DNA of 64,000 nt from Raillietiella orientalis (GCA_036172245.1 JAYWIR010000011.1:1922001-1986000); one strand, 5' to 3'; counted from the stretch's first letter, positions 38,927 to 52,537 are shown. Made by a program: numbers and translations. The notes: generated from the sequence alone by a model not told the origin.

Positions 38927-39700
38927 CCTTTCTCACTCAGTTTCGCCGGGGCGTTTATTAAAAATACACAAACAATTGGGAACCCGGTTGCCATGGGGAA
39001 CAACAAGTCCGCGAAAAGGGATCACCGACATGCAGGTCGGTCGCTCAGCAAGGGCGACAAATAGAAAAAACAAACAAACACAAAAGAAGGAAGGCAAGGG
39101 GTAGGGGCCTTTGATTTGGACCGTTCCTCCCTTCTGGAACCGGCGCAAAATGTAGGCGATCTCCATGGCGACTCTCCAGTGTGAAGCCGCCTCGCTGCGG
39201 CCCTCGGGAAAGCGGCTGCCATTCGCGGGCGGTCACCCGTTACTGCGCCGAAAACTCTGCGCATCGGACGGGCAGTCAAGATGGTGCGCTCATGCCGTTG
39301 CTAGATCCGCTCCATTCTTCTTCCTGGAGGAAATTCCGTCGCGTGCGCGAAGAATCGCGGCAGCACGTCCTTGGAGGTGTCCTCTGGGCTCAGAAGCGTC
39401 CGACGCCGTCCGCCCCACGGTTCCTCGTAGGACGACGAGGTCCGGCAACTGGGAGAACCGAGCGCCTCGCTCGTCCCGCACCCTCAATCGGTTTGGGAAA
39501 TGCGATAAACTCCCCGGGGAAACGAGGCAGAGGCCGCGCTGGACTCTGGACAAATTCCAGTGCCAAAGAAGCTCCACCTCGAGCTTCTGATTCGGAGGCA
39601 ACGCCGAGGAGTTCTCCAAACATAGGGGACGGGGCCGCCAGTTCTTCACTCGCCAGTTCATTCAGGAGTTGACTCCGCAGCAGAACGAGTCCCTCGGCCC
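38927..39700 (-). mobile_element. LINE family X, 3' portion
   Basis: LPPNQK..LLWHW, FPRAAAR, MEIAYILRRFQ, T-rich UTR, aataaacgccccggcgaaactgagtgagaaagg. Confidence 0.75.
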
Positions 39701-39899
39701 GGCGGCGTGAAGCAGCGGCGCCCACCAGTTCGCTCGTCTTCCACCCATCAAGGAGTTTGATCGCTCCCTCAGGGAATGGCCATCCTGTTCCTCGCCAAGC
39801 CGGCTCGTTCTCCCGTCTCTCTGGCCTTTTCCCTTCCTCCTTTTCTCAGCTGCCACTTCAACGTGGAACTTCCCGTCGAACTGGGAGATGATCCCGGCT

Positions 39900-40760
39900 G
39901 GGATCCCCGGAACTGGGATCGAGGGTGCTGCCCGGCCTGGTCAAACCAGGTGCCCGGGAGAAAGGCCTGCTACTGTGGGGCGAACTTGTAAGATTGTTGC
40001 CAGGGAGGAACTCGGGGTCCATGTTGCAAGTTCCGTGAGCCCCCTTTTTCAGCCGGGCTGCCCCATATGCCCTTCCAATGGGAGCCCCCGGTGGAGTGCC
40101 CTTTTTCGCAGCAGTCCTTCCCGTGCAACAGACGTCGGCACCACGTGTCGGTAAGGGAGGACCTCCTCCGTTCGCGCCAGAACGATTCCGTGGTCCTCGC
40201 ACCTGGTACACTGGACTGCACTGTCCGCCGCTGCCCTTGCAAACGCACAGCGACCGGGAGACCGCGCGTGCGCAGGGCACCTCTCACGACGTCCTGTCTT
40301 CGCTGGTGAAGGACTTTCCTTCGTCCCCGGCGGTGGCAGCGCCGTGCCGCGGACGCGGCACGGAGACGGCGCGCTGCGCAACGAAGCTGCTTCAGCATGC
40401 AGGTCCACGGTCACCACGCGGCCACCTCTATGATGAGGGGCGCGGAAAAGCATCTCCCCATCCGGTGCGAGTACCGAAGAAGGAGATCAGTCATCTGCAT
40501 CTTGGGCAGGATGCAGAGAGCGCTGGGCAGCTGTCCTGGTGACTCTGGCCCCTGCCTCTCGAGTATCTTTTTTTTTTTCTTTAGAAAAACGCTTTCATCG
40601 CCCCATCCTCCGCACCTCTCCGGTCTTTACAATGCAGCTTACCTGCGTGTCAGCGACCCTTCCTCTCTGGACTCTTGAACCACCTAGAACACTGCTTCCG
40701 GTTATCTCCTTTCGTGTTCTCCATAGCGACGGCCCTGCGGCGACCTACCGAAAACACCAT
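39900..40760 (+). mobile_element. LINE family X, decayed 3' portion
   Basis: LVHWT (~40201), ICILGRMQRA (~40495) followed by T-run. Confidence 0.55.
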
Positions 40761-40769
40761 AGTTCCCGT

Positions 40770-41520
40770 AGTGGAAGAGCAGCGCTCTTCGTCTCAGCCC
40801 TCCAGCTTCACAAAGATCCTCCGGCAGTGACCCCCGGCCAACAGCCGCTATCATTAGCTGGCGGATGGCAATCGAGGCCCCCTTCAAGTTGCGTGAATTG
40901 CGAGTCTGAGGAATCCTCCCTCCTCGGACTTACAGTGACAGGGGATTGCGGTGACCTTGGCTCCGGCAAGGAACTCATGACCAGCGACTTTCCCCTTCCG
41001 TATGGGAATGGTGCGGCGTTTCTTCGCGGCTGCCGACGCCGCCATCGCGTGCCGCATCCGCTTCATAGAGGAAGCTTCGTCTTGCAGAAAGAGCTGCCGC
41101 ACCATTACGTTGCGTGCCTGACAACGCCGCTGTCATCCGAAGGAGGGAGGAGGGGAGAGAAAGGGGGGGGGGGAGAGCGTCGAAAGTCCATCCTCCTCTG
41201 CCTCCTAGTCACCTCCACTCTAAGGAGCAGCCGACCCCAACAAGCAGGAAGGGCATCCGTAAGGTCGCGCAAGGGCTGAGGACCAAAAGGACTAGCGACA
41301 AAAAACCCTCCCTCTCACCCTATCCATTTATCTATTTTTGTTCCTCCATTGTTCCCTCCCCTTTGCCTCTCCGGCCCTCCTCCCCACGCACCCATCGAGC
41401 AACGGGCAGAATCCCAACCCATGCTCCCCTTCTGCACGATTGTCGTACGTACCCAGAGCTCATGTGTACATTTATTCATACGGTACACGAAACGCTCCCC
41501 GCCGGCTGGTACAGTGAGGA
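40770..41520 (+). mobile_element. Probable further LINE family X 3' portion
   Basis: SCVNCESEES (CxxC..ES), VACL, KSILL; end region catgtgtacatttatt..aaacgctccccgccgg resembles family terminus. Confidence 0.4.
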
Positions 41521-42519
41521 GCGAAGGCGTGCCGGAGTGAGGGGCTCGCCGATCGACGGAACGGCCTTCCCAGGATCCTCAAAGGAGTCTCTTCCCATAA
41601 AGTCATGGACGCCGACTCATTCAACCCGATGCACACCTCGGAAAGCACGGCGAAGAGCTTCTTTCCTCCTGTTTGGAGCGACGCTTCCGAAGAGGAGAGA
41701 CGCTCGCCTTCCTTCCTTCCTTCAGTGGCGCATCTGCAGAATTCCCTTGTTCCTTCTAGCCTTTACCCCCTCCCTCCCCTTGCCCCGAACATCAACGGAA
41801 GGGGGCTCTCAGTGGTCCTTCTTCCTCTCGCTCCTTCCGCCATCCACGGTAGAGGCCTCCCAGTGGTTTTTCCCCTCTCTCTTTCCCGCGACCTCTCCCT
41901 GCCGCATATGAGGAGGAGTTTTCCAAGGCGCTCTGCTCTCAAAGATTCTTCCCTCCTCCTCCTTCTGGACCGCTGCTGACTCAAAGATTGGCAGAGAGGA
42001 GGAAAAACACACGCATGCGCGCACGCACACACAAAGATGAGCTTCTGACCTTGACGGGAATGTGGGGGGCTTTACGATTTTTTCCTCACGTTCTCCGCGA
42101 GGCCACGCGTGGGCCATGCGGAATTTCAGAGAGAAAGCACTGTAGTCGGTCGGTCGGCGACGGGTGCGCCGCCCTCCGAGATCCTCTGGTGCAACGCCTC
42201 CCGCCGCTCGCTACCAGGGGAGCTCCCAATCCACTCCGCGAACCGTGGCCTACCACGGGACGCCCTGAGAATCGTTCCTTCCTTTCCGGGTTCGCTTCCC
42301 GCAACCCGAGGTGGGTGGGCGCTTCTCCTCCGGAGGACCGGCTGCTGCTCGGGCAAAGCGTCAGGGGAGAGGCCTCATTCCCTCCGTGTGAGACATAAGA
42401 GCTCTGGAGAGGGACCTCAGAAGAGAAAGAGGTCCGGGTTTCTCTCCAGAGAGATCCCGACCGCAGCGAAAACTGCCGACCGCGGTCGAAAGCTCTCACC
42501 TCCAGAGGCGACGACTCAG

Positions 42520-43200
42520 GGGGCTTGGTTATCCCGGGGAACTTCCTACCCCTCCTTTCCATTTCCCTCATCCATCCCGCCTTCCTTTTCTTCCCCCAAG
42601 ATGGTTCGGAGATGCCGGAAGAAGCAGAGCAGGAGGTCACAGGTCGAGACGGGTTTTCAATAACCTGCAGTGAATGTCAACCGCGGCAGCACCGGAAGCA
42701 GCACACACGTGCGTCTACACTCGGGGCAGAGGAGGGAGAAGGAGGGAGGGAGAAGGAGGGAGGGAGAAGGAGGGAGGGAGGGAGGGGGTATGGAAGCGCT
42801 TAGGAGAAGCGTCTTCCTGTCCAGCGGCCAAGAGAGACGAGCGCCATGACGGTGCCCCACGCACTTGGGGAGCCTCGGCCTTCACCCGGAAGAGTCCGAA
42901 CGTTCGCCGAGCGTCCTCGGAGAGCGGTACCGCGTGGTCTACTTCCTGAGACCTCGTCCTCATAGGAACGGTGATCTGCACTGAGTACCGGGGAGGCAAG
43001 CCCCCGGCGAGGTCCCCCAAGAAGCAGTCCCTCCGGTTTCTCTATCACGACGCCACGGCGGCGGCGGCGGCCTCTCATGGAAGCACTCCGGTGCCGCCCA
43101 CCGGGCCGTGTTGAGCTCTCTAGACAGCCTGAGGGGAAATCCTGAGCGGCAGCCTCGAGCAACCGAACGTTGTCAGGCTCTATGGTGCCAACAGCGCGCT
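42520..43200 (-). mobile_element. Possible LINE family X 3' remnant
   Basis: cttggttatccc (cf. ttggttatcacc), ctcggggcagaggag (cf. ctcggcagaggag), tggaagcgcttaggagaag (cf. tggaagggttagggaagg). Confidence 0.35.
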
Positions 43201-43689
43201 CCGCCTACATCCCTTCCCGGATCCAGGAGACGGCAGCGGCGGCGGCATCTCTCCGCGTTCCGACATGGGTGAGGGCATCGCCGGAGTGCTCCCAGGACGG
43301 TGAGGGAAAGAAAAAAAAAGATGCTTCCATTCGCGCAATGGTGCTGGGCCCTAAGACAAATTCCGGATTCGCCTTCGTAGGGAGGTTTTCCCGGTAGGTG
43401 AAGTCGGCCGTGAAAACAGAAGTTCCCGGCTACGACCATCTTTTTTTCCTTTTCTCTCTCTTTCCTCTGTCGTAGTACCCAGAAGCGGGAGCTGTGGCTG
43501 CTGCTATAGTCTTCTTCGTGGTGTCCACCCGGTCTGCCGTGGCAGTTTCTCTCGCCTTCCGCGTGCAGGGATCGCGGCGGTGCAGCATTTTCTTCAAGGA
43601 AACTGAGCACCCTCGGGGGCTGTGAACGCAACTCGCGCCTGCAACGATTTTGCAGCGGTCCGAAATTTCTCATCCAATCTACTCTCACA

Positions 43690-44178
43690 CACCTCCACCA
43701 TCTTCCTCCTTCTCTTCCCTTCCTCCTTTCTTCCTTCTTCCTGCTCCTCCTTTCCTCTTCGTCATTCTTCCTCTTCTTCCTAGCACCTGTTCCTTTCTCC
43801 CCCTCTTCCTTCCTTCTTCCTCCTTTCTCCTCTTTCTCTCTCTCTTCTCTTATTCCTTTTCCTTCTCCCCCTTCCTTCTTCCTCCAGCCCTTCTTCCTTC
43901 CTTCCTTCTCATAGTCATCCTTCCACTTCCTCCTGCTCTTCCTCCTTCCTTCTGCTCGTCTCTTCCCCTCTTCTTCCCATCTTCCTTCCTTCGTCCTCCT
44001 TTCTCCTCTTCCTCCCTTCCTCTTTCCCCTTTTTTCTCGCTACTCCTTCCTCCTGTTTCTCCTCCTCCCTCTTCTTCCTCTTCCTTTTCCTTCCTTCTTC
44101 CTCCTTTCTTTTCTTTCTCCCTTCCTTCTCTTCGTTATCCTTCCTCTTCCTGTTCCTCTTGCTCCTCCCTCTTTCCTC
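43690..44178. repeat. Long polypyrimidine low-complexity tract (CTT/CCT-rich)
   Basis: ~490 nt almost exclusively C/T on + strand. Confidence 0.9.
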
Positions 44179-47100
44179 CAGATAGTATCAGCTTTATCAG
44201 GTAGCACGTGTGTCCAGATCTGCGTGTATCTTAAAGCACGTACGCAGCGGGGAATCCTGAGCAGCGAGAGCTCCCCCAGCCGAGGCGGGCGGCTTGCAGC
44301 ACGAAACACGGGAGAGAGCCTAATTAAATGACATGCGATATGCCTTCGCCAGCATCCCGCATTCATCACGCAACGACGGGCTCTAAATCAGCAGTTTGAC
44401 AGGGCCGGCCTACCCACATCACGGCAACGCCCCTCAAATCCCTCAAGTCAGCGTCGTAAAGAACACCCTATTGGTCGCGCGCGCGATAACAACGCGCGCG
44501 GCGGGCTCTCCGCGCAGCGGTTCTTTGGGAACGCGGACGGCCTCGGTCTCGCCTGGCGAGGATAAAAATGCTAATGGACGCCGCTCTTCCCGAATCAAGA
44601 AGACGGAGGTTGGACGGTTGCCATGAGAAACGCTCCTCCTTTTTTTTTTTTTTCCTTTCTTTCTTTCTTTCTTTCCTCCCTTCCCTCTCTCTCTCTCTCT
44701 CCCTCCCCCTCCCCTTCCTTCAAAGATTTTCGCCCTCCGCGTGATCCAAAGCTGCGGAATTCGCTCTGCGAGAGAGACCTCAGACGGTCTTGTTGCTCGT
44801 CAATGTGGTTGTTTTTTTCTTTTCTTTCTTCTCAGTGCGCACGGAGCGCCGCAGGTCCGATTGCTGATTGCGCAAGCGCGCGCGGCGGTGCTTCCGAATG
44901 GCGGTCGACGCCGGGAGTGCCGTCCGGGAGGGGGGAAACTGCGTCAATTGCAGTCGCCGCCGCTCTTCGCACCGCATCAGGAGACCGGCAGCATCCACTC
45001 AGAGGAGCATTCTCGGGGGCGGAGCGCTCGGGGAAGGGCCACTCCTCCACTTCATCCCGCCCCTTCCCTACTTTCTCCTCCTCCCCGTCTCCCCTTCCCT
45101 CTCCCTGATGCTCTCTCGAGCGTCCGGGGAGGTTTCCGGGAGTCCTCGTCCAGCGAGGGTGGGGGCATGCTAGAGGCCCATGAGAAGCTGGCATCCAGCG
45201 TCTCCGACTTCCATCCTCCGTGCCTGGTGGCCGCCCGTCTTTTTCGCGCCTCATTTCGGGTTCCTCCCCCCCTCCTCCCCCTTCCGGCCCGCGCAGATCG
45301 GCAGCCGGAGAAGAAGATGCTGCTTCTCCAAGGTAAACACCTCGGACGTGAGCAAATAGAAGGACCGAATGCAAATCTTCCCGCGTTCGTTTCTTGCACT
45401 GGACTTGGGAAGCGGGAGAAGACGAAGGGGACGCTGCAACATCGCAAGAGCGAGCGGGCGAGGAGAGGAACGGAGCGCGGCCGCTTGCCGCCACCCACCT
45501 CAGCAGAAGAGCAGCCGAAGGGCCAGAAGGAGGGACAGCTCCTGTATTGGCTGCTCGGTAGTCGATCGTTGGCCAAGTCAGCAAGGCTGGCCGTCCTTCT
45601 TGGCCATCTGGAGCTCCGCGAGGGGGGAGGCACCCCAGGGAACCGGATGAAGTAACCGGGAGCACCCCAACACCCATCTCGCGATCCCAGTGGCTTCGCA
45701 GAACGGGCGGCGGGCTTTCCGAAAAACCGGCATGCAGGGATGCCCTTCGGCGGACCAACGTCTGCGGGCGCGGAGGCTTCCTCTTTGCCGGGAATGCTCC
45801 CATCCCACACGGAGCAAGAGGGCTATTTCTGTCCGTGCTCTCGAGGGAGAGGAACAGAAGTTCCTGCGGGAAAGGTCACTCAAGGACAGGTTGTCATGGA
45901 GGTCGCCCGGGTACGTTTGCTCGGCATGACCTCCCGATCGTGGATGCTGCCCTGCAGGCAGCGACTCCCGGATCTTTGCGACCGACGGCGGGCTCCGCGT
46001 GCAGCCCAGCCTTGCGAAGGGCCAACGATACGCAAAGATAAGTTGGGGGCCTCCTGAATCCGGAAGCCAGTTCCAGGCCAAGATTCGCCCTGCTCCTTTA
46101 ATCGAGAGAGCGTCAGTGACGGCGGACGTCTCCCGTCGACGTAACTGCCCCGAGGAACTGTGGTCTCCTCCCCTCCAGCTCATTTCCCAATCTGTATGGG
46201 AGATTGCCGACGAGGTCACGGGTCGTCTGAGGTGGAGATTGTCTTTGAGGTCATCATACCAGGGGTCGATAATGGGCGTGATTTCGTGCCGAGGGCTGTT
46301 GCGAGGACGGGGGGCGTTGGCTGGCGTTGAGGGTCCCGTCCGCTCTTCGGGAGGCTAATGAAGGTGAGTGCAAGGTTTCCAGATCCTCCTTTCTGGGGAG
46401 ACCCCGTTTCCTCCTTCCTCGTACCTCAGCCGCGCGAGGCGGATTCTGTGTCCCGCCTCGACGGCAGCAGGAGATTTGCTCCGTCGTCCAGGTCACGGGA
46501 GCGACCTCACCCCCCGGAGACGTTACCGGTTGCTGGTCTCCAGTTATCCCCATCGGTTGGCTCTCTGCTTGCTGCGGGGCGCGAGACAATGGCCCTTACT
46601 CGCGGCGCAGCCGAGACGCCACGCTCTGACCTTGTGGGACTTCATCCCATAGCGAAGGAGGAAGGCTCCATGGAGTCCTGTGTCTCGTCCTGTGGACCTC
46701 GGCTCGCCGCGGCGTCCGTTGTCAGACGTCAGGGTTCCCAGACCCTCGGGATCAACGGGACGGATTGAAGAAGGGAGCAGGGAAAAGGGAACGGAGGACA
46801 GAGACCTGAGAGTCCCACGGCATCGGAAGGCTGACCATTCTCCCCCCGGCTGCACCCTTCGCTCTGTTGTCCTCCTCCTTCCTCCGGCTTTCCTGTGAAA
46901 AGAGAATCGCCGCTCGCCTGGGTGGGTGGATGGTGGCGCGCCGTCCAGATGAGGAGGAGGGGGAGCTCTGAGGCAGCGGCGGAGGATAAACCTCTGCTCT
47001 ACGTGACGGAAACTGAATAAGAGAGGGAAAGAGCGAAAAGCGCCTTCGGCGCCGCCGACGCCACCCGCCATACTCGGCGCGCTCTCCGAGAGGCGCGCGC

Positions 47101-49544
47101 GCTCATAGCACGGACGCATCGGAGCGAGGGGAAAGACTGAGCGGGCAGCAACTATAAACGCGGGCCCCTTAATGACGGCGACCCGGACTCCGGTCCGTAA
47201 CCATGCCATCGTAAATGCGGGAAGGCGGGATGAGGAGGGCAAGAAGCTTTTAGCAAGTCGCCTCCTGGGGTCTCGCGGCGAGGATGCTCTGCTTTCCTCC
47301 GCCGCCCCCGCCTCTGCTGGAGGAGGCTCGCTGCGCGCGCAACGGAGCTCAGGAGGATATCCGCGCTGGACCAGAGCCATCGAGGAAAGTCCCACCTCTC
47401 CCTGCTTCCTCCGACCCACTCCGACCTCGTCATGTCCACCAGGAGGTCAGCTGCCCCACGGTGTAGCAGCAGGGCACTCTGAGGGGAGTGGGAACCGTCG
47501 GACAAATGGGGGCGGGTGGGTGAAGGAGGAAGGAAGGGGAAGCTGCTACCGCGGGGGATGGGCCACGCGCATCGCGAGGCTACTGCGGGTTCGGGGAGCA
47601 GTAGGGACGGGGAATAAGAGCAGCGTCCTCCGGGATGCTCCTACAGCAGCGGGGAACGGAGAGCCATCGGACGTGTCCAAGGAGGACTGGTGGGAGGAAG
47701 GCGAGGCCGAGATTCCTCCCCCCTTCCTTCCCCCCTTCATGAAGGTCCGAGAAAGGGGTGAAGCGCTTGTCCGGAAGCGACCTCGGGAGCGGAAAGAGCT
47801 CCACGGAAGCCAACAGACTCTCCAGCGCCACCGACCTGCCCATCCCTTGGGCTGCTCCCCTCTGCCCGTTCCTCGCTTACTGCAAGCGTTGGGATTGCCC
47901 GCTGATGACTGCTTCTGGTCCCCATTGGTGACGACTTGCTATTGTCAGGGAGTGGGTTGTGCCCGTTCGACCCAAATCGCTTCATGCTTCTGCTATTCGC
48001 TACCTCGTTGTTCCTGGTCTTCCCGTCCAAACCGCCGACTTTCTGGATGTGGGCAGGGATAGGGCGTTGCTCTCCAAGGACTGTGGGCGGGGTTCCGGTG
48101 CCCCTTTCCGGAGGAAGCGCGCCAAAGATCCCCTCTCCTGGGATGCCGCTGCTTTGAGAGGAAGCAGCGGGAAGAGGTGGATCACGCGAACCGGTTCGGG
48201 AAGAGTCCTCGGGGTCAGCTCCCGAAGGGAAGCGGTTGGCTCTAGGCGACCCGCATCCTGGTCCAGAGGCGACGGCATCCCGGCCGGCTTCCGCAGGAGG
48301 AGCAGCATTGCTCTCCCGGTCGCCACCGTGCCCCGGGGAGTGTGTGCAGGGAAGAAGGAGGCCCGCCGTTGCACAGCACTGCCAAGCCGCGGGAGTTCGC
48401 CGCGAGAGGCGCTCGGTCTGGCGGAGCCTTCGCGGAGAGGGAAAGCCTTCGGGCGGAGCAACCTCTCCTCTTCTCTGGGCGGTCGTCAGGGCGACAATCC
48501 GGGTGCGCCACCATAGTCGCCGCCGTGGACCGCCGGGAGTTCTGAAGGCATGGTCCGGAGGACCAAGGGGAGAACCCCATTCCACCCCTCACCTCTCTCC
48601 GAGAGGACACGCGGGCAGCGTTCCTGCAAACTCCCCTGGGAAAGCAGGGAGCTGGCGGCTCCTCTCCAAACGGGAAGATCCGGAGAAAGCAGGAGGAAAG
48701 AGGCAGAAGAAGGATGCGACTGGAGAGTGGAAGGGGTGGTGAGGTGGGGTCGGGGGGAAGGGAGAGGAGGAATTCGGGGTTCCGAGAGGGAAGGATCCCG
48801 CGCGAAAGCGCATTCCTTTCAGACCAGCAGAGCTCACTTCCCGCTGCTGGCGCCGCCGCCGGGGACCAGGGAAGCTTCCCCTCCTGGGGCGTGGACGACG
48901 TCTGCCTGGGGACAGGGGTGGACGAGCCCCTCAAAGAGGAGCTTTGAGGCCCAGTGGAGCTGGGCGAAAAGTGCGCGCGTGGAAAGGTCTGGAGTCGGAA
49001 AAGGGAGAGCCTGGGATTGGGGATGAGGGAAAGCGCTCCTCAGATCTCTCCACAGAACAACAGGGATCATAGGAAGAGAACGAGAATGGAGAAAACGGTT
49101 CCCATGCCGCTCCAGGGAGAGCGTTGCAAATGTGGCTCCGGGATGCGCGCGCCACCTGTGGGCGGGAGAAACGAAAGGAGGGGGGAAGGGAGGAGACGCG
49201 GAAGCGCGAATCTTCCGGGATGCTTCGCATATAAGCCTTACGTCAGAAGAGGAGATCTGAACCATCCGGGGGAGCACCGAACCGGGGTTCCTCGGGAAGC
49301 GCCAGCATTCGGAACGAGAGAGCGCAGGTTTTCGGGAAGAAAGAGAGCCCTTTCAGGCACCCCGTGAAGGAAGTCCCCCTCCAGAGGGAGAGGAGGCGGA
49401 TCGCAGAGTGGGACGGGGAATGAGGGGGTGAGAGAATAGGCAGGGGGTGAGGAGAGGAGCAGCGGCAGTGAGCGAGGATGGAAGAGCGGAATCTCCCTAT
49501 GGGCATCCTCTCTTCTGGACCCGCGCCGTGAGCCGGGGTCGGCG

Positions 49545-50040
49545 TAGGAGGAAGAATAGGAGGAGGAGGAGGAGATGAAGAAGGGAAGAGGAGGGGGGAG
49601 AAGAGAAGAGGAAGAGAAGGTAGTAGTAGGAGGAAAAAGGTAAGAAGGGGAGAAGGGTAGGAAGAGGAGGAGAGAAGAGAGGGGAGGATCAAGGAAGGAT
49701 GATGATGAGGAGGTTAAGGAGCCTTCCCATATACCCATAAGGTGGTCTGCAGGGCGATTCCTAGAAGAGCGTGCTCCGGAAGAGAAGTCGGTGGTGGAAG
49801 CAGCAGGATCGCGGCCTCCATGCCACTCCGCCGCCGGAGGAGGGAGATGCCCACTCTCTGACCCTCCACCCCCAAAGGAGAGGGACGGAGGCAGGAAAGA
49901 GGAGGAGAAAGGGGTGGGTAGAGGTGAGAGAGTAGGAAGAGGAGGGTGGGATCGCGAGAGGGCTCGAAGAAAAGGGATGGAGGAAAGAAGGCGGAGAAGA
50001 AAAGGAGAGAGAGCGGGAGGGAGGGAAAGAGGAGAGATCG
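49545..50040. repeat. Polypurine low-complexity tracts (GAG/GAA-rich)
   Basis: Seen directly; interrupted at ~49715-49870. Confidence 0.8.
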
Positions 50041-52537
50041 TTCGCTCCGCGCGTCTTTGCAGGTGGAGCAGCGTCGAGGACCATAAATCCTTCGGAACGG
50101 CGGAGATGACTGGCACCCTGCTGGAGAGGCCTCCTCGGCCTCCAATAATTCAGCCGGGGAATCCCGTCCTCGCGCTTGGCCTGGATGCGGTCTCCAGGGC
50201 GACCGCCGTGGAGAGTCAGGAAGTGACCGAAGATCCGATCTTATCGCGTCCGGACCCCCTCCCGAGTCGGGTCCGCGCGGTGAGGAAGGAAGAGGAGGGG
50301 CAAGGAGAGAGCTGAAAAAGAAAAAAACTCGGGGACTTTCGAAACGAGTGGGGTGGAGAGGGGAAAGAGGAAGGGAAAGGCCCTCCGTTCCTCCTTCGCA
50401 GGGAAAAGAGCTCCCTGGTGAGACCACGCGCCTTTCTTCTTTGCTGCCCCACTCTCCGAGAGGGCGCTCTTGTCAGGACATGGAGGCGGCGGCGACAGCA
50501 GGAGGAGGAGGAAGAGGATAGGGAAGAGGAAGAAGAGGAGGAGAAGCGGCAGAGTGTCTTGCTGTTGCTCCGCGATTCTGAGCCTCGCCTCGCCCTCGGT
50601 CGCCACCGCCGCCACCGCCCGCGCGGGGAGGAATTCGTCTCCGGGCGGCCCGCCGGCGCGCGCGCGCGAGGGGCCCAGCCCCTCGCTGACGGCGGCCGGC
50701 GAGAGATTTATGACCTCCGGTCGGGAATTCCGCAGCGACGCACCCGTCCCGGGGCGGGAGGCACCTTTGTGAGTGGGGAGAGCGACGTCTTTCTCCTTCT
50801 TATTCTTCTCCTCCTCCCCCCTCCCACCCCCACACCCCTTGCTCTCTGCGATCCAAAGATTTTTCCCACCGTCTGCGAAAACAGGGGGGGGAAGGGAGAC
50901 AGTCTCCCCCCTTCCCCCACCCCCCGCTCTTCCTCTTCCTGCAGCTCCCCCCTCACCATTCCCACAGGATTGGGAGCGCCTGCGGGAGGAAACGCGCGTT
51001 CAGGGAGACGTGGGAGGCGTGCAGAAGCGGAGGGGAGAGTGGGAAGGAGCCCAAAGCGAAGATGCTGCCCCCATGTTCCTCGCGCGGGTGGGAAGGTGAC
51101 TGGACGCCGACACCCCCGGTCTTTCCGGGAGAGCGGGGTTTTCCTTGGCAATTCGGCTTCCTCCGAGGCGATCCCTCCGCGGTGGACCGCATCCCGGCGG
51201 GCACTCCTAGAGGGGTTGCTTGTGGGTGTCACCTCCTGTGCCCGCCAATGGACCGGAGCAGGCCCCTCCGTCTTCCCCCACTCCATTCATCCTCCCTTTA
51301 AAGCCATCCCCCGCAACAGGACGAGTCCCCTTCTGTCCGACACCACAAGGACGACACCGCGTCGCTTGTGTCTCGTTGGGTCATCATAGGGGGAAGGAGG
51401 TCCCGGGAAGCCGAACCGGCGCAGGGGACGCTGGGGGGCGGATCCTCCCCACAGGAGTGCTGCCTGATCTCTGAAACCCCGGAGCAGAGAGGTTTCCTTC
51501 CGTTCCCCGACGCTCCCCGGACCGGCCGAACCCTCGTGGACTCCTGGGGCCTACTGCCTTCGAGAAGGAACTGGGCTTTGGGAGGATGAGGAGTGGTCCA
51601 GGATGACAATCTGTCCTCCGCCGTCTCCATGGAGACCGGTCCGTTCCGTTCCCGTGCCCACCTTCGTTTCTCTTCCCTTCCTCCGGGGGGTAAACCCCGC
51701 TAGCGCAGGAGGAGTCCCCGAGGCTCCAACTCCTGCCGTGGGGGATCTCCTTGGGCCAGAGAACGCGGAGAGCCGGCGCGAGCTGCACTGGGATCGTCTG
51801 CTGCTGCCGCTGCCGAGCCTCCTCGACGGTAGTTGGGAGACGGCAGCATCTCTGCATCCGCCCGGCCTTTTCCCTCTCTTTTGCGCGATAGGGGAGGCGA
51901 GGGAGGGATGCTAGCGCACAGGCGCACTGCTGCTGCCGCCCGCCCCATCTCCCCAAAGCGGAAGCGCCCCCTTCCCGCCTGCCCCCTCCCTCACCCCTCC
52001 CGGCCAACCTCCTCGGGCTGCGCGCGCGCGCGTTCTTTCACCTCCCTCCCCTCGAGCGCCCCTGCTAATTGGGCCGCCTCGTCCAGGTTTATGGCACCCG
52101 GGGCACCTCGTCTAAGGGAGAGCCCAGAGCACGCAGCCCTTTCAGCATCCCCCGGAGCCTCTCCCTCCTGTCCTTTGTTTCTCCCCTTTTCCCCCGGGGC
52201 GCTCAGATGTTATCGGAGGAGCAGCTCTCCTGCCGCAGCGACGGCGGTGGAGGCGGCGGCGCGAGGGTGAGGGACAGAGGGGAGGAGGGGGCCAGGGGGA
52301 CCAGGAGCTTGCTCCCGCATCTGCGGTTCTGATTCTTCTTCCTTCCGGACCAGCGGGCGGAAGGAAGCGCGGAAAGGGGGCAGGGAGTCGGGGAGGGGGT
52401 GGGGCGCCACGGTCCTGCCACGGCAGACAGTCTGATCCTTCGCGTTCCCCCGCTCCCAGCACGCGCGGATCTCGCGAAAGGGGAGGGAGGGGAGCGGAGG
52501 AAGAGTCCTCTCTCTCGGTATCAGCGCGCCATTGCAC

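Noticed and set aside
45300..51900. Further family X remnants (possible ends near 46510, 49520, 51110)
   Set aside because: Only short, weak matches; needs profile alignment
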